From: an uncultured Granulosicoccaceae bacterium
Lineage (GTDB): Bacteria > Pseudomonadota > Gammaproteobacteria > Granulosicoccales > Granulosicoccaceae
Direction of reading: 5' to 3'
DNA: 64,000 bases
Assembly (NCBI GenBank): GCA_938041955.1
Contig: CALISD010000062.1
Location: 97-64,096 of the forward strand
This document shows positions 47,987-58,678 of this stretch, one piece after another. A program made the position numbers and the translations under genes. The notes beneath the pieces were generated by a model. The model saw only the letters and a list, made by a program, of their open reading frames with translations. It searched no databases and was not told the DNA's origin. Within the stretch, counting starts at the first letter, position 1. Every line of letters starts with the position of its first letter.

Positions 47987-48639
47987 TATTTCCGTCCGTC
48001 AGCCCACAGGGCCCAATCACTCTAGCCTGAAATTCTGCAGCAGACAGAAACGGGGCACCTGATCAGGGACGACCAACCTTGCCGCAGAAGCGCAAAAACT
48101 GCCGATGTGACCAACAGAGGCCGTTGTAAAATGCCCGGTCGACACCGAATATCAGCCAATTCAGCCGATGGAGTCGCGGATTTAATAGAAATCACTGTCG
48201 CCAAGCCGCACTAGTAGCACACTCGACTGCGCTGGATCGCCTCGCTAACGCTGGCGGGCTTGTATTAGTGGTCAAGATGATAAGTTATGCACTGTCGCCG
48301 CGTCGCCGGCCTCCTCGACACGAGCTCAAATGACACGAAGCGGTTTCTATCCAGCGTGTATTTGTTCTTGAATCATCCGCGGAGTGGGGTCAAAAAGCAC
48401 CATAGTTGGCACGTGGGCGCCAGCGGCACTAGGATGTGCATCCAGCGGCCTTGGTGGCTGATTTCAATAAATACCGCTTGCACCCAAAGGGCAAAAAAGC
48501 CGCGTAAAGGTTTTGGTTACTTTCATCCGAAAAGTGACTCATAGAGTCATGGTTGGCTTCGAAAAACCGCCACGGATGTCAAGCTGCTTACGTGAACGCA
48601 GCAAGTGCACTCACGCCAAGCACAACAAACCCAAAAAAA

Positions 48640-50283
48640 TCAGGCCCTGACCCGAAAACAATGAGCCAGCAACCCAATAGTAGAACTGTCATGCTCACCA
48701 ATCTTCTGAGACTGCAACTCACCTAACAACGTAGCAGCCAGCTGCTTACCCAGCTCAACGCCCCACTGATCAAACGAATTAATACCCCAGATCTTACCCT
48801 GCACAAACACCTTGTGTTCATACATTGCAATCAAAGATCCGAGTGCAGTCGGGGTTAACTCATCCATCATAATCGTATTAGTGGGTCGGTTGCCTTCGAA
48901 TACTTTATGCGGAGCAAGTGACGCGATCTGTTTTTCATCAACCGATCTCTCACGTAACTCGGCCTCAACATCCGACTGCGGCTTTCCTGTCATTAACGCT
49001 TCTGTCTGAGCAAGAAAGTTAGCCAATAATATACTATGGTGTTCGCCAATCGGGTTTTGCGATTTTACCGGCGCTATAAAATCAGCAGTGATTAAATCAG
49101 TGCCCTGATGCATCAGTTGAAAGAATGCATGCTGGCCATTCGTACCGGGCTCACCCCAGATCACAGGACCTGTCGCATAGTCGACAACGGTGCCATTCAT
49201 CTTCACTCGCTTGCCGTTGCTTTCCATATCCAGTTGTTGAAGATAAGCGGGAAATCGATGTAAGTATTGATCGTAGGGTTCAATCACATGCGATCTTACA
49301 TTAAAGAAGTTGCCGTACCACACCCCAAGCAAGGCCAGAATCACAGGAATGTTATTTTCATAATCTGTTTCCGCAAAGTGACGATCCATTTGATGCGCTC
49401 CACTTAACATGGCATCAAAGTTCTCATTGCCAACCGACAGTCGGATTGACAAACCAATGCTTGACCAAAGCGAATAACGCCCCCCTACCCAATCCCAAAA
49501 TCGAAACATATTGTCAACATCAATACCAAACTCAGCTACTGCATCAGCATTGGTGGAGACTGCGACAAAATGTTTAGCGATATCTTTTTCCGCTGCACCG
49601 GACTGCAGAAACGCATCGCGCGCAGAGCGTGCATTGGTAAGGGTCTCTTGTGTGGTGAAGGTTTTGGAAGCGATAATGAAAAGCGTAGTAGCCATGTCGA
49701 CCGATTCAATCACCTGCGCAATGTGGCTGCCGTCGACGTTGCTGACAAAGTGAAAGCTTAAATCTTTCTGCTGCCACGGCTTCAGTGCCTCGCAGACCAT
49801 TAGCGGGCCAAGGTCCGAGCCACCAATACCAATATTAACAATGGTATTGATCGGCTTACCGGTATATCCGGTCCATTCCTTGTTACGTACCCTGTTTACA
49901 AATGCCGCGGCGTGATCTGCCACTTTATGCACTTGCTCGACGATCTCCTCACCGTCCACGTGCAGCTCAGAGCCTTTAGGCATTCTCAGTGCAGCATGCA
50001 ACACGGATCGATCTTCGGTGGTATTTATGCGCTCACCGGCAAACATGCTTTTGCCATGTGTAGCCACATCGACTTCTCTGGCTAAGGCAAAAAGCTTACT
50101 CATTGTATCTGTGGTGATTCGATTCTTAGAGTAGTCGAGTAACAAACCACACGCACTCACAGAGAACTTACCAAAACGATCCGGATCATCCACGAAAAGA
50201 TCGCGCATGTGCAGATCACAAACTTCCTCATGATGCGACTGCAATGCTTTCCATGGAGCCGAGTCAGACAAATTGCTCATCAC
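48640..50283 (-). CDS. pgi: Glucose-6-phosphate isomerase
   Basis: 547 aa. PGI signatures [14 protein letters not shown] and GIGGSDLGP. Confidence 0.95.
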   Translation of the reverse strand: MMSNLSDSAPWKALQSHHEEVCDLHMRDLFVDDPDRFGKFSVSACGLLLDYSKNRITTDTMSKLFALAREVDVATHGKSMFAGERINTTEDRSVLHAALRMPKGSELHVDGEEIVEQVHKVADHAAAFVNRVRNKEWTGYTGKPINTIVNIGIGGSDLGPLMVCEALKPWQQKDLSFHFVSNVDGSHIAQVIESVDMATTLFIIASKTFTTQETLTNARSARDAFLQSGAAEKDIAKHFVAVSTNADAVAEFGIDVDNMFRFWDWVGGRYSLWSSIGLSIRLSVGNENFDAMLSGAHQMDRHFAETDYENNIPVILALLGVWYGNFFNVRSHVIEPYDQYLHRFPAYLQQLDMESNGKRVKMNGTVVDYATGPVIWGEPGTNGQHAFFQLMHQGTDLITADFIAPVKSQNPIGEHHSILLANFLAQTEALMTGKPQSDVEAELRERSVDEKQIASLAPHKVFEGNRPTNTIMMDELTPTALGSLIAMYEHKVFVQGKIWGINSFDQWGVELGKQLAATLLGELQSQKIGEHDSSTIGLLAHCFRVRA

Positions 50284-50319
50284 TGTGTTCTCCGGAATTA
50301 CGTCTCTACACTTTTAGAA

Positions 50320-50353
50320 TAAAAAATGACGAACGGTATTTCTACCGTTCGCC
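50320..50353 (-). terminator. Intrinsic terminator between glgP and pgi
   Basis: The minus strand reads GGCGAACGGTA-GAAA-TACCGTTCGTC followed by ATTTTTTATTC (plus-strand A run 50321-50326). Confidence 0.7.
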
Positions 50354-50400
50354 ATATGGTTCCACCACTGCGTTATCCTTTCGGATCTACTGATTAGCTA

Positions 50401-52854
50401 CTAGGTGTTTAGTTGCCAGATATCGTTATTGTACTCTGCAATAGTTCGATCGGATGAAAACTTTCCACTTTTAGCGGTATTCAATATGCTCATGGTCGTC
50501 CAGCGCTCAACGTCTTGATATGCCAACGCTGCCTGCTCTTGCGCATCGACATAGGTTCTGAAGTCAGCTGCCGTCATCCACGGATCGTTCGGGTTGCGAA
50601 TACTTGCAATTACCGCATCGAATATACCTGGCTCAAATTGATTGAAGTGACCACTTTCAAGGAGTGCCATTACCTCACTGAAACCATCATCAGCCTCAAT
50701 GATCGATTGCGGATCATAATGCGGGCGCATCGATTCCACTTCTGCGGCAGTTAGACCAAACAAAAAGAAATTCTCATCACCGACTTCTTCACGTATCTCG
50801 ATATTCGCACCATCCAGCGTGCCTATCGTGATCGCACCGTTCATCATGAATTTCATATTACCGGTACCAGAGGCTTCTTTACCTGCTGTAGAAACCTGCT
50901 CGGACAGATCAGTACCTGCGCAGATCACTTCCATCGCAGTGACCCGATAATTAGGCAGGAATGCCAGACGCAGTTTATTGCCTACTTCAGGGTCATTGTT
51001 AACAACACTGGCCACATTATTTATTAACTTGATTATTTGCTTGGCCATGTAGTAACCGGGTGCAGCCTTACCACCAATCAATACACTTCTCGGCGTCCAG
51101 TTTTCACTATGGCCCTTTTTTATACGGTTGTACAAATGCACCACGTGTAGCAAGTTCAGTAGCTGACGCTTGTATTCGTGAATTCGCTTAACCTGAACGT
51201 CAAACATACTCTCGATATCAAACTCCACTCCGCAGTCTTGCTTTACCAGCTGAGCAAGCTTGCGTTTATTGCTGAATTTGACCTGACGCCAATCCTCTCT
51301 TAGCTTTTCATCATTCACATGCGCACTGAGATTGTCTAACTGATCAAGCTTGGTTATCCATTGATCACCGATGGTGGAATCAAGTAGCTCACGCAATTCA
51401 GGATTACATGCGGCCAGCCAACGCCTGGGGGTTACACCGTTAGTCTTGTTGTTAAACTTATCTGGCCAAAGCTCGCAGAAATCACGAAAAAGACCATCAA
51501 TAAGTAACTCAGTGTGAAGCGCTGCTACGCCGTTTACGGAAAAACTGCCGGCAATCGCAAGGTATGCCATACGAACTTGCGGCTCAGGCCCCTCTTCAAT
51601 GATTGACATCCGGCGCTGCCGCTCTGTGTCACCCGGCCATTTGTTCGATACCTGCTGTAAAAATCGAGCGTTGATTTCAAAAATTATATCAACCACCCGT
51701 GGCAATAATTTTCTGAACAAGCTAACCGGCCATCGCTCAAGTGCTTCCGGCAACAAGGTATGATTGGTGTATGCCATCGTGCTGGAGGTAATCTCCCACG
51801 CGTTGTTCCAGCTCAGCTCATAGTCATCCATGAGAAGCCGCATTAGCTCAGCTACCGCAACACTCGGGTGAGTGTCATTTAGCTGGAAACAGTTCTTCTC
51901 GGCAAATTTTTCAAAGTTTGTACCGTTAGCTTTTACCCATTGCGCCAAAACATCCTGCAGGCTCGCAGAAGCGAGAAAATACTGTTGTCGTAGCCGCAGT
52001 TCTTTGCCGTTCTCGCTGCTGTCATTCGGGTAGAGCACCATGGAAATGTGCTCGGCTTCATTTTTATTCGCCACTGACTCAGGGTATCGACCGGCATTAA
52101 ACTCGCCTAGCTCAAATGCATCAGAAGCAGCTGCCTTCCACAAACGCAAAGTATTAACGGTATCGTTCTCATAGCCCGGAATAGCCGTGTCGTGTGGTAC
52201 GGCGAGTACGTTTTCGGTATCTACCCAACGCACCCGTGATGCACCTTGCGCATCGACATAAAACTCACTGCGACCACCAAACTTAATGTGACGGGTGTCA
52301 TGAGGACGCTGCACTTCCCACACATAACTATTACGCAACCAGTGATCCGGCTCCTCTACCTGAGCACCGTCCTGAATCTCCTGCCGGAACATTCCATATT
52401 CATAGCGAATGCCATAACCGACAACAGGCAGGCTTAATGTCGCACAACTATCCAGGAAGCACGCAGCTAGTCGACCAAGGCCTCCGTTACCCAGCCCGGC
52501 ATCCGCCTCTTCATTTTCTACGTCTTCAAGCTCTAAGCCGTATTCGTACAATGTGGACTTTACCGACTTCTCAATATCAAGATTGAGCATGGCATTGCCA
52601 AGCGCCCGACCCATCAGAAACTCCAGAGACAGGTAATATGCACGCTTATTTCCACTGGTCTCCTGCTGTACACGCGTGGCCTTCCAGCGTTCCATAAGGC
52701 GATCACGCACTGCCAGAGCCAGCGCTTCATAAATTTCACGTGACTGCGCTTCAGACTCGACGCTGCCCAGGGTATGACCCAGGTGGCGTCTGAAGTCATG
52801 ATCAATCGCAGCGTTATCCATCCCTAGCGGGGGCAGAGCCTGCACTTTTTTCAT
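50401..52854 (-). CDS. glgP: Glycogen/maltodextrin phosphorylase
   Basis: 817 aa. PLP-lysine signature EASGTGNMKFMMNGA. Confidence 0.95.
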   Translation of the reverse strand: MKKVQALPPLGMDNAAIDHDFRRHLGHTLGSVESEAQSREIYEALALAVRDRLMERWKATRVQQETSGNKRAYYLSLEFLMGRALGNAMLNLDIEKSVKSTLYEYGLELEDVENEEADAGLGNGGLGRLAACFLDSCATLSLPVVGYGIRYEYGMFRQEIQDGAQVEEPDHWLRNSYVWEVQRPHDTRHIKFGGRSEFYVDAQGASRVRWVDTENVLAVPHDTAIPGYENDTVNTLRLWKAAASDAFELGEFNAGRYPESVANKNEAEHISMVLYPNDSSENGKELRLRQQYFLASASLQDVLAQWVKANGTNFEKFAEKNCFQLNDTHPSVAVAELMRLLMDDYELSWNNAWEITSSTMAYTNHTLLPEALERWPVSLFRKLLPRVVDIIFEINARFLQQVSNKWPGDTERQRRMSIIEEGPEPQVRMAYLAIAGSFSVNGVAALHTELLIDGLFRDFCELWPDKFNNKTNGVTPRRWLAACNPELRELLDSTIGDQWITKLDQLDNLSAHVNDEKLREDWRQVKFSNKRKLAQLVKQDCGVEFDIESMFDVQVKRIHEYKRQLLNLLHVVHLYNRIKKGHSENWTPRSVLIGGKAAPGYYMAKQIIKLINNVASVVNNDPEVGNKLRLAFLPNYRVTAMEVICAGTDLSEQVSTAGKEASGTGNMKFMMNGAITIGTLDGANIEIREEVGDENFFLFGLTAAEVESMRPHYDPQSIIEADDGFSEVMALLESGHFNQFEPGIFDAVIASIRNPNDPWMTAADFRTYVDAQEQAALAYQDVERWTTMSILNTAKSGKFSSDRTIAEYNNDIWQLNT

Positions 52855-52927
52855 CGGATAATCCTAAACAAATACTGTTTTATTACTTACCGCAAGGAAC
52901 AACGCTGTCGCTCCCCGCATTAGATTT

Positions 52928-55021
52928 CTAAATATTCGGCGAGTAGACCGCCAAAGCGCTCGCTGCCATCATGAAGTTGTCGGCCACTGGCGCCGCACTT
53001 ATAGGGCCTATTTTCGCCGTATCGAGCTTGCAACTCCATTCAGACACACCTGCAGCCGTTGGAAACTGTATTTTCACGGCTTCTTTACTGGCATTGAAAA
53101 CAATTAATAAGTTCTCACAAAGCTGCCCGGACTCGTGCTCACTGTTAGCATTTGAAATTAGAAGCGATACACACTTGGCAAATGACTCACCCCATTGGTG
53201 ATCACTCATCGGATTGCCACTGGGTTCACACCAGGTGGCTAGCACCTGACGATTCTCTACATCAGCAAAGCGCCGCAATCGCAGTAATGGCTGCGATTTG
53301 CGTAATGCAATGGCAGACTTTACAAACGTTAGGAACGCCTCATCCTGCTCACACAGTGACCAGTCAATCCAGTTAATTTCATTGTCCTGGCAATAAGCAT
53401 TGTTGTTACCACCCTGCGTCCTACCCATCTCATCACCGGCAAGCAGCAAGGGCACTCCTTGGGACAAAAGCACAGTGGCGATCATATTGCGCCGTTGCAG
53501 ATTTCGATAATTGTTTATGGCTTTATTTTCAGTTACGCCTTCTACTCCGTAGTTATCAGAGTAGTTCGCATCGTGACCGTCTCGACTATCTTCACCGTTG
53601 GCCTCGTTGTGCCGATCCTTGTAAGAAACGACATCCATCAACGTATATCCATCATGCGTCGTGACAAAGTTCACACTTGACCATGCGCCTCGCCCACTAT
53701 GATTAAATAGATCACTCGAACCAAAAACACGACTTGCAAGCTCTGGCAGCATGCCATCGTCACCACGCCAATACCGCCTGACGGTGTCACGATACTTATC
53801 ATTCCACTCAGACCAGGCAGCCGGAAAACCACCCAGTTGATACCCCCCAGGACCAATATCCCATGGCTCTGCAATAAGCTTCACCCGACTGAGCACAGGG
53901 TCCTGGCCGACGGCAACAAGAAAAGCCGAGCGATCATTGTAGCCTTGCGTATCCCGTGCTAGCGATGTGGCCAGATCAAACCTGAAGCCATCAACATGCA
54001 TCTCAGTCACCCAGTAACGCAAACTATCCATCACCATCTGCAACACTCGCGGGTGATTGAGGTTTAAAGTGTTGCCACAGCCTGTATCGTTGATGTAATA
54101 GCGTTTATCATCCGGCATTAGACGATAATAAGAGCTGTTGTCTATGCCTTTAAATGACAAGCTGGGCCCACGTTGATCACCTTCGCAGGTATGGTTGTAA
54201 ACGACATCAAGAATGACTTCCAAACCCGCATCATGAAGCTTTCGCACCATTTGCTTCACTTCTCCTAAGTCACCCTGTCCGGAAAAATATCTTTGCTCGG
54301 GAGCAAAGAAATTGAGCGTGCTGTAACCCCAATAGTTTTTTAAACCCTTATCAACCAAAAATCGATCATCAACAAAATGATGAATTGGCATTAGCTCAAC
54401 CGTCGTGACACCAAGAGATTTAAGGTGCTGAATTATTTGCTTGTCGCCAAGTCCCGCATAACTTCCACGGATCGACTCATCGAGCCCTTCGTGTTTTATA
54501 GTGAGGCCTCGAACATGCGCCTCGTAGATCACACTGTCTGACATATGAATGTCCGGGCGCTTATCATCACCCCAGGTATAAGCGGTATCCACTACCACGC
54601 ACTTAGGCATTGCCCTTGAATTATCGCGCCGATCAAACGACAGATCTTCACGAGGGCTATTGGTTCGATAGGCCAGATGCACATCAGACCACTTTATATT
54701 CCCAATCAGTTGCTTGGCATAAGGGTCAATCAATAATTTGTTGTGATTAAACCGGTGACCTTGAGCAGGATCATACGGACCATATACGCGGTAACCGTAG
54801 CAATCTCCCGGCACAATCCCCGGCACGTAACCGTGCCATACCTCATTGGTGCACTCTGGCAGAGTAATACGCTCACGTTCGCGCTTGCCAGAAGTGTCAT
54901 AAATACACAACTCCACACGTTCAGCATGGGCCGAAAACAATGCGAAGTTAACCCCGGCGCCGTCCCAGGTGGCACCAAGGGTGTGGTGATTTCCTGGCAA
55001 TACTTCAAACTGTGGGATCAA
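52928..55021 (-). CDS. glgX: Glycogen debranching enzyme
   Basis: 697 aa. N-terminus LGATWDGAGVNFALFS. GH13 catalytic regions VDGFRFDLA, AEPWD, VTTHDG. Confidence 0.95.
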   Translation of the reverse strand: MIPQFEVLPGNHHTLGATWDGAGVNFALFSAHAERVELCIYDTSGKRERERITLPECTNEVWHGYVPGIVPGDCYGYRVYGPYDPAQGHRFNHNKLLIDPYAKQLIGNIKWSDVHLAYRTNSPREDLSFDRRDNSRAMPKCVVVDTAYTWGDDKRPDIHMSDSVIYEAHVRGLTIKHEGLDESIRGSYAGLGDKQIIQHLKSLGVTTVELMPIHHFVDDRFLVDKGLKNYWGYSTLNFFAPEQRYFSGQGDLGEVKQMVRKLHDAGLEVILDVVYNHTCEGDQRGPSLSFKGIDNSSYYRLMPDDKRYYINDTGCGNTLNLNHPRVLQMVMDSLRYWVTEMHVDGFRFDLATSLARDTQGYNDRSAFLVAVGQDPVLSRVKLIAEPWDIGPGGYQLGGFPAAWSEWNDKYRDTVRRYWRGDDGMLPELASRVFGSSDLFNHSGRGAWSSVNFVTTHDGYTLMDVVSYKDRHNEANGEDSRDGHDANYSDNYGVEGVTENKAINNYRNLQRRNMIATVLLSQGVPLLLAGDEMGRTQGGNNNAYCQDNEINWIDWSLCEQDEAFLTFVKSAIALRKSQPLLRLRRFADVENRQVLATWCEPSGNPMSDHQWGESFAKCVSLLISNANSEHESGQLCENLLIVFNASKEAVKIQFPTAAGVSEWSCKLDTAKIGPISAAPVADNFMMAASALAVYSPNI

Positions 55022-55181
55022 CGGGAGCTCTCAATGTTGAATAGGTTAGCGGGCAGCTAAACGTAAATAAACTATCGCGCCCAGGACTCTGTAAAATCAG
55101 AGCAGGCACATACAGGTATCAAAGGCGTTAGGAACTCACGTTCCTTAGTCCAACTATAGACTTATCGACACCGATTCCGCT

Positions 55182-56810
55182 ATGTTTAAAACAACAATGC
55201 AGATGTTTCAAACACTACAAACCCGCAACCCAATCACTTTTATTTCCGAGGTTTTTTTGACAATTGCCAGGCAGTTCTTTTTTTTTATTAAAGTTTCGAG
55301 TTTGTTATTTTGCACAGCAGTGCTGGCAGATACCTCAAACACGCCCAATCCTGTTCGCTGGAATGAGTCCATACAAAACGCTGACTGCATAGACTTCATC
55401 AATGAAAATGCATCTAGAGTCAGCTGCGGCTTTATCGAACTGCCGCTCAACCATGATGAGCCAGGCAATAAAACCGTTACGCTCCCCGTATTAATTGCCG
55501 GGCAAACACAAACCCTGAGTAATAACCCCTCTTCAAGGGCAATTCTTATTCCGGGGGGTGGCGGGCCCGGTGGCCCAATGGGCTTTGGCTACCAATACTC
55601 ACCGGGAGACTATCTTCGTGAATATAGTAGTTTGCGAGCTGCCGGGTTCGACATTGTTATCGTTGACCAACGCGGTGCCGGTTATGCGAAACCAAATCTC
55701 CGCTGCACGGAAACCAGCACAGCCTTTAAACGCTCGGTTGTTATCAAACAAACATTTAAACAAGATCTGGCAGCCTACAATGAGGCCATAACCGCTTGCG
55801 GCAAACGAATCCAAAATGACAATATTGAATTAATCCATTTCGATACGTATCAGTCTGCAAAAGATTTTATGACGATCATGGATTCACTGCCATACACCTC
55901 ATGGAACACACTCGCCACGTCGTATGCCACTGTAATTGCGCAGGCAATTGAGGTTTTAGAGCCACAAAGGTTTGATCGCATCGTGCTCGACTCGCCGGTA
56001 CCTATTGATTTCCAACAGCCCTTTACGGTGGAATCGTCCATCTCTTCAGTCAACAGAATACTTACGCTATGTGAAGAAACTCGCCGCTGCAATAAAAGAC
56101 ACCCGAAAATCAAAGAAAAACTCCAAACTGTACTGAGCCGCGCCACCAAAAAACCGTACTCAGTGAAAATTAAGGTTGCCGATGAAAGCCAGACAGCCCG
56201 TCGCAACATAAAACTGATCGTCAGCCACACGACGCTGATCGACATCTTGATCACTGCCGCTTACAACAACTACGCGATCACAGAAATACCTTCAGTCATA
56301 GATCAGTTATACAAAGGCCGGGCGAGGTCACTGAGACAGTTCGCCGAAGACTATTGGTTCAGCGGCAGTGATCTTGACTTTGCCGACGCCCTCAGCTGGG
56401 CAATTCACTGCAAAGAAAGAATTAAACTCGAAGAAGCCTTTCTGCTGCAGAACCCGGGCAGCGACAAAGAATATTCCGAAGAGACAAAGCTCGCCATGGA
56501 ACAGGAAAGAAAGATATGCAAAAAGCTGAATGTCGGCACCGACAACAAAATTAAAACCGACAAGATATTCAAAACCAGAACTCTGATTCTCGCTGGCGAT
56601 CTTGACCCGGTCATCAGCCGCAGGGACATCAGCAACACAGCAGATAACTTCAGCAATGCCACAACCACTATCATTGCAGGAATGGGCCATTCAGTTTGGT
56701 TTCAAAGCGCCTGCACACGCAAAAACACTCTCGATTTCTTTTTGTCTTCAGTTCCTGCAACATCACCGACACCTGCCACCTGCACTGACGGCATCAATCG
56801 ATTCAAATAA
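55182..56810 (+). CDS. Secreted alpha/beta hydrolase (S33 tripeptidyl/prolyl aminopeptidase-like)
   Basis: 542 aa. Long hydrophobic N-terminus ending VLADTS, DQRGAGYAKP region, C-terminal TAP-like segment (LILAGDLDPV...GMGHSV). The nucleophile motif was not confidently located, and the start is uncertain. Confidence 0.7.
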   Translation: MFKTTMQMFQTLQTRNPITFISEVFLTIARQFFFFIKVSSLLFCTAVLADTSNTPNPVRWNESIQNADCIDFINENASRVSCGFIELPLNHDEPGNKTVTLPVLIAGQTQTLSNNPSSRAILIPGGGGPGGPMGFGYQYSPGDYLREYSSLRAAGFDIVIVDQRGAGYAKPNLRCTETSTAFKRSVVIKQTFKQDLAAYNEAITACGKRIQNDNIELIHFDTYQSAKDFMTIMDSLPYTSWNTLATSYATVIAQAIEVLEPQRFDRIVLDSPVPIDFQQPFTVESSISSVNRILTLCEETRRCNKRHPKIKEKLQTVLSRATKKPYSVKIKVADESQTARRNIKLIVSHTTLIDILITAAYNNYAITEIPSVIDQLYKGRARSLRQFAEDYWFSGSDLDFADALSWAIHCKERIKLEEAFLLQNPGSDKEYSEETKLAMEQERKICKKLNVGTDNKIKTDKIFKTRTLILAGDLDPVISRRDISNTADNFSNATTTIIAGMGHSVWFQSACTRKNTLDFFLSSVPATSPTPATCTDGINRFK

Positions 56811-56849
56811 TAGCCATGCAACTCACTCTCATATTCCAGGCTGTATAAA

Positions 56850-57674
56850 TTGACCGACCAGACAGATGAACTGCTGAAGCTGATCCGACAATATCAACCA
56901 GCCACAGTGGTAACAGGAGCCGGTATAAGTGCCACTTCCGGTCTACCCACCTATCGCAACAGTGAAGGTAACTGGATTCATAGCAAACCGGTGGAAGGCC
57001 CGGAATTCAGAGCCAAAGAGAGCATCAGACAACGCTATTGGTGCAGGAGTTATTTCGGTTGGCCGGTATTTTCCAAAGCCGTACCAAACACAGCACACAC
57101 TGACATCGCCACACTAGAGCAACGCGGGGTAATCTCTACCATCATTACTCAAAACGTTGATGGCCTCCACCATGCCGCCGGCAGCCCCAATGCCATCCCG
57201 CTTCACGGCAGCTTGTCAGAGGTGGTTTGTTTAGATTGTGGGGATTTAAGCTCAAGACATCAATTGCAACAGAGACTACAACAAGGGAATCCCGATATTA
57301 GCGATCCAGGCTTCGCTACGGCCCCGGACGGTGACGCAAACATAGCAGATGAACACGTTCATAGATTCAACGTTTCACACTGTCTGCACTGCGACGGTGC
57401 CCTCAAGCCCAATGTGGTTTTCTTTGGCGACAACGTACCGAAAGATCGTGTACAGCTCTGCATGGGTAAGTTGCTGCAGAGCAAGCTGCTCATTTGCATT
57501 GGCACTTCCCTGATGGTGTTCTCTAGCTTCCGGTTTTGCCGGGCTGCAAAAGAACACGGTATTCCAATCATCGTCATCAATGACGGCGTCACCCGCGCTG
57601 ATGATATTGCGACTATGAAGTATAACGGCGATCTCGCAGCAGCACTCACAGCCCTGCGAACGAAGTTGCAGTGA
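56850..57674 (+). CDS. NAD-dependent protein deacylase (Sir2 family, class II-like)
   Basis: 274 aa. GAGISATSGLPTYR, TQNVDGLHH (catalytic His), zinc ribbon CLDCG...CLHCDG. TTG is the first canonical start in the open frame. Confidence 0.9.
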   Translation: MTDQTDELLKLIRQYQPATVVTGAGISATSGLPTYRNSEGNWIHSKPVEGPEFRAKESIRQRYWCRSYFGWPVFSKAVPNTAHTDIATLEQRGVISTIITQNVDGLHHAAGSPNAIPLHGSLSEVVCLDCGDLSSRHQLQQRLQQGNPDISDPGFATAPDGDANIADEHVHRFNVSHCLHCDGALKPNVVFFGDNVPKDRVQLCMGKLLQSKLLICIGTSLMVFSSFRFCRAAKEHGIPIIVINDGVTRADDIATMKYNGDLAAALTALRTKLQ

Positions 57675-58252
57675 AGCCAACTGTCACACAGATTAGTCCC
57701 ACAGCCGCACTACATTATCAGTCCGGTTTCATCAGCAGTGATGATTCAGAACAACTGGTTAAGCTGTGGGAACACAATCTGGATTGGGTTCAGTCCACTA
57801 TAACCATGTTCGGAAAAAAAGTGGCCATCCCCAGATTAAATTGCTGGTACGGAGATCGCGCTTACGGCTATTCAGGCACTCACTTTGAAGCAAAGCCCTG
57901 GACGCCAGAACTACTGCAACTCAAAGAACTGATTGAATACCGCAGTGGATTGTTATTTAACAGCGTACTGGTTAACTGGTATCGCGATGGTCAAGATTGT
58001 ATGGGCTGGCACAGTGACGATGAGTCATGTTTAGGCGCGCAACCGCAAATCGCGTCCGTCAGCCTTGGTGACCCAAGAAAGTTTGTACTTAGAAATAAAA
58101 AAGATACATCGCTAAAACACACCGTGACACTGGAGAACGGCAGCCTGCTGCTAATGTTAGGGGACACTCAATCACAATGGCAACACTCGCTACCAAGAAC
58201 AGTGAAATCTCAACGGAGCAGAATCAACCTTACTTACAGATTGATTGTTTAG
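57671..58252 (+). CDS. alkB: Alpha-ketoglutarate-dependent dioxygenase AlkB
   Basis: 193 aa. WHSDDE (HxD iron ligands), WQHSLP, RINLTYR. The GTG start overlaps the sirtuin stop (GTGA). Confidence 0.9.
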   Translation: MKPTVTQISPTAALHYQSGFISSDDSEQLVKLWEHNLDWVQSTITMFGKKVAIPRLNCWYGDRAYGYSGTHFEAKPWTPELLQLKELIEYRSGLLFNSVLVNWYRDGQDCMGWHSDDESCLGAQPQIASVSLGDPRKFVLRNKKDTSLKHTVTLENGSLLLMLGDTQSQWQHSLPRTVKSQRSRINLTYRLIV

Positions 58253-58501
58253 CGGAACTGGCTTGAGGATGGGGTAATCACCAGAAATCTATTCGGCAAT
58301 CACTATTTCAATCGAGGACGGAATACTGAGGTTGATAGCGAATCTCAACAGCTTCAGTGCAAAACGTAGGTTAGCCGCTATTGCGACGAGTAATAACCAC
58401 AAGGGACATTGCAGCAATCGCCAGACACATTAATACCGGTAACATCTTTATTTCTCACTAGGTGTCCGACAAGCGGACTAACAATCTAAGGAAGGATTTT
58501 A

Positions 58502-58578
58502 TGGTGCGCCCGGAAGGATTCGAACCTCCGACCACCTGGTTCGTAGCCAGGTACTCTATCCAGCTGAGCTACGGGCGC
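58502..58578 (-). tRNA. tRNA-Arg (anticodon ACG)
   Basis: The reverse complement GCGCCCGTAGCTCAGCTGGATAGAGTACCTGGCTACGAACCAGGTGGTCGGAGGTTCGAATCCTTCCGGGCGCACCA folds as a cloverleaf: 7-bp acceptor stem, anticodon loop CTACGAA, encoded CCA. Confidence 0.95.
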
Positions 58579-58678
58579 CCAGTCGCGCAATTATGAGGGC
58601 AATACGCCCGATCGTCAAGGAGAAGGATTCACCAGGAGCCGCTTAATTTGGCTCTGAACCCGAACGACAATAACAAAT

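Noticed and set aside
48193-48299. 10-bp direct repeat CACTGTCGCC as a defined operator
   Set aside because: By rough estimate, a single 10-mer recurrence in a gap of about 650 bp has a sizeable chance probability (order of 0.1-0.2). It is mentioned in a finding but not annotated as a feature.
56850-57674. SIR2-domain protein as a possible anti-phage defence component (Thoeris/DSR/SIR2-HerA-like)
   Set aside because: It has the full deacylase signature set with a zinc ribbon and is only 274 aa. It has no fused or adjacent TIR, SLOG, HerA, pAgo or helicase partner, and it sits between a hydrolase and alkB. This matches a housekeeping sirtuin.
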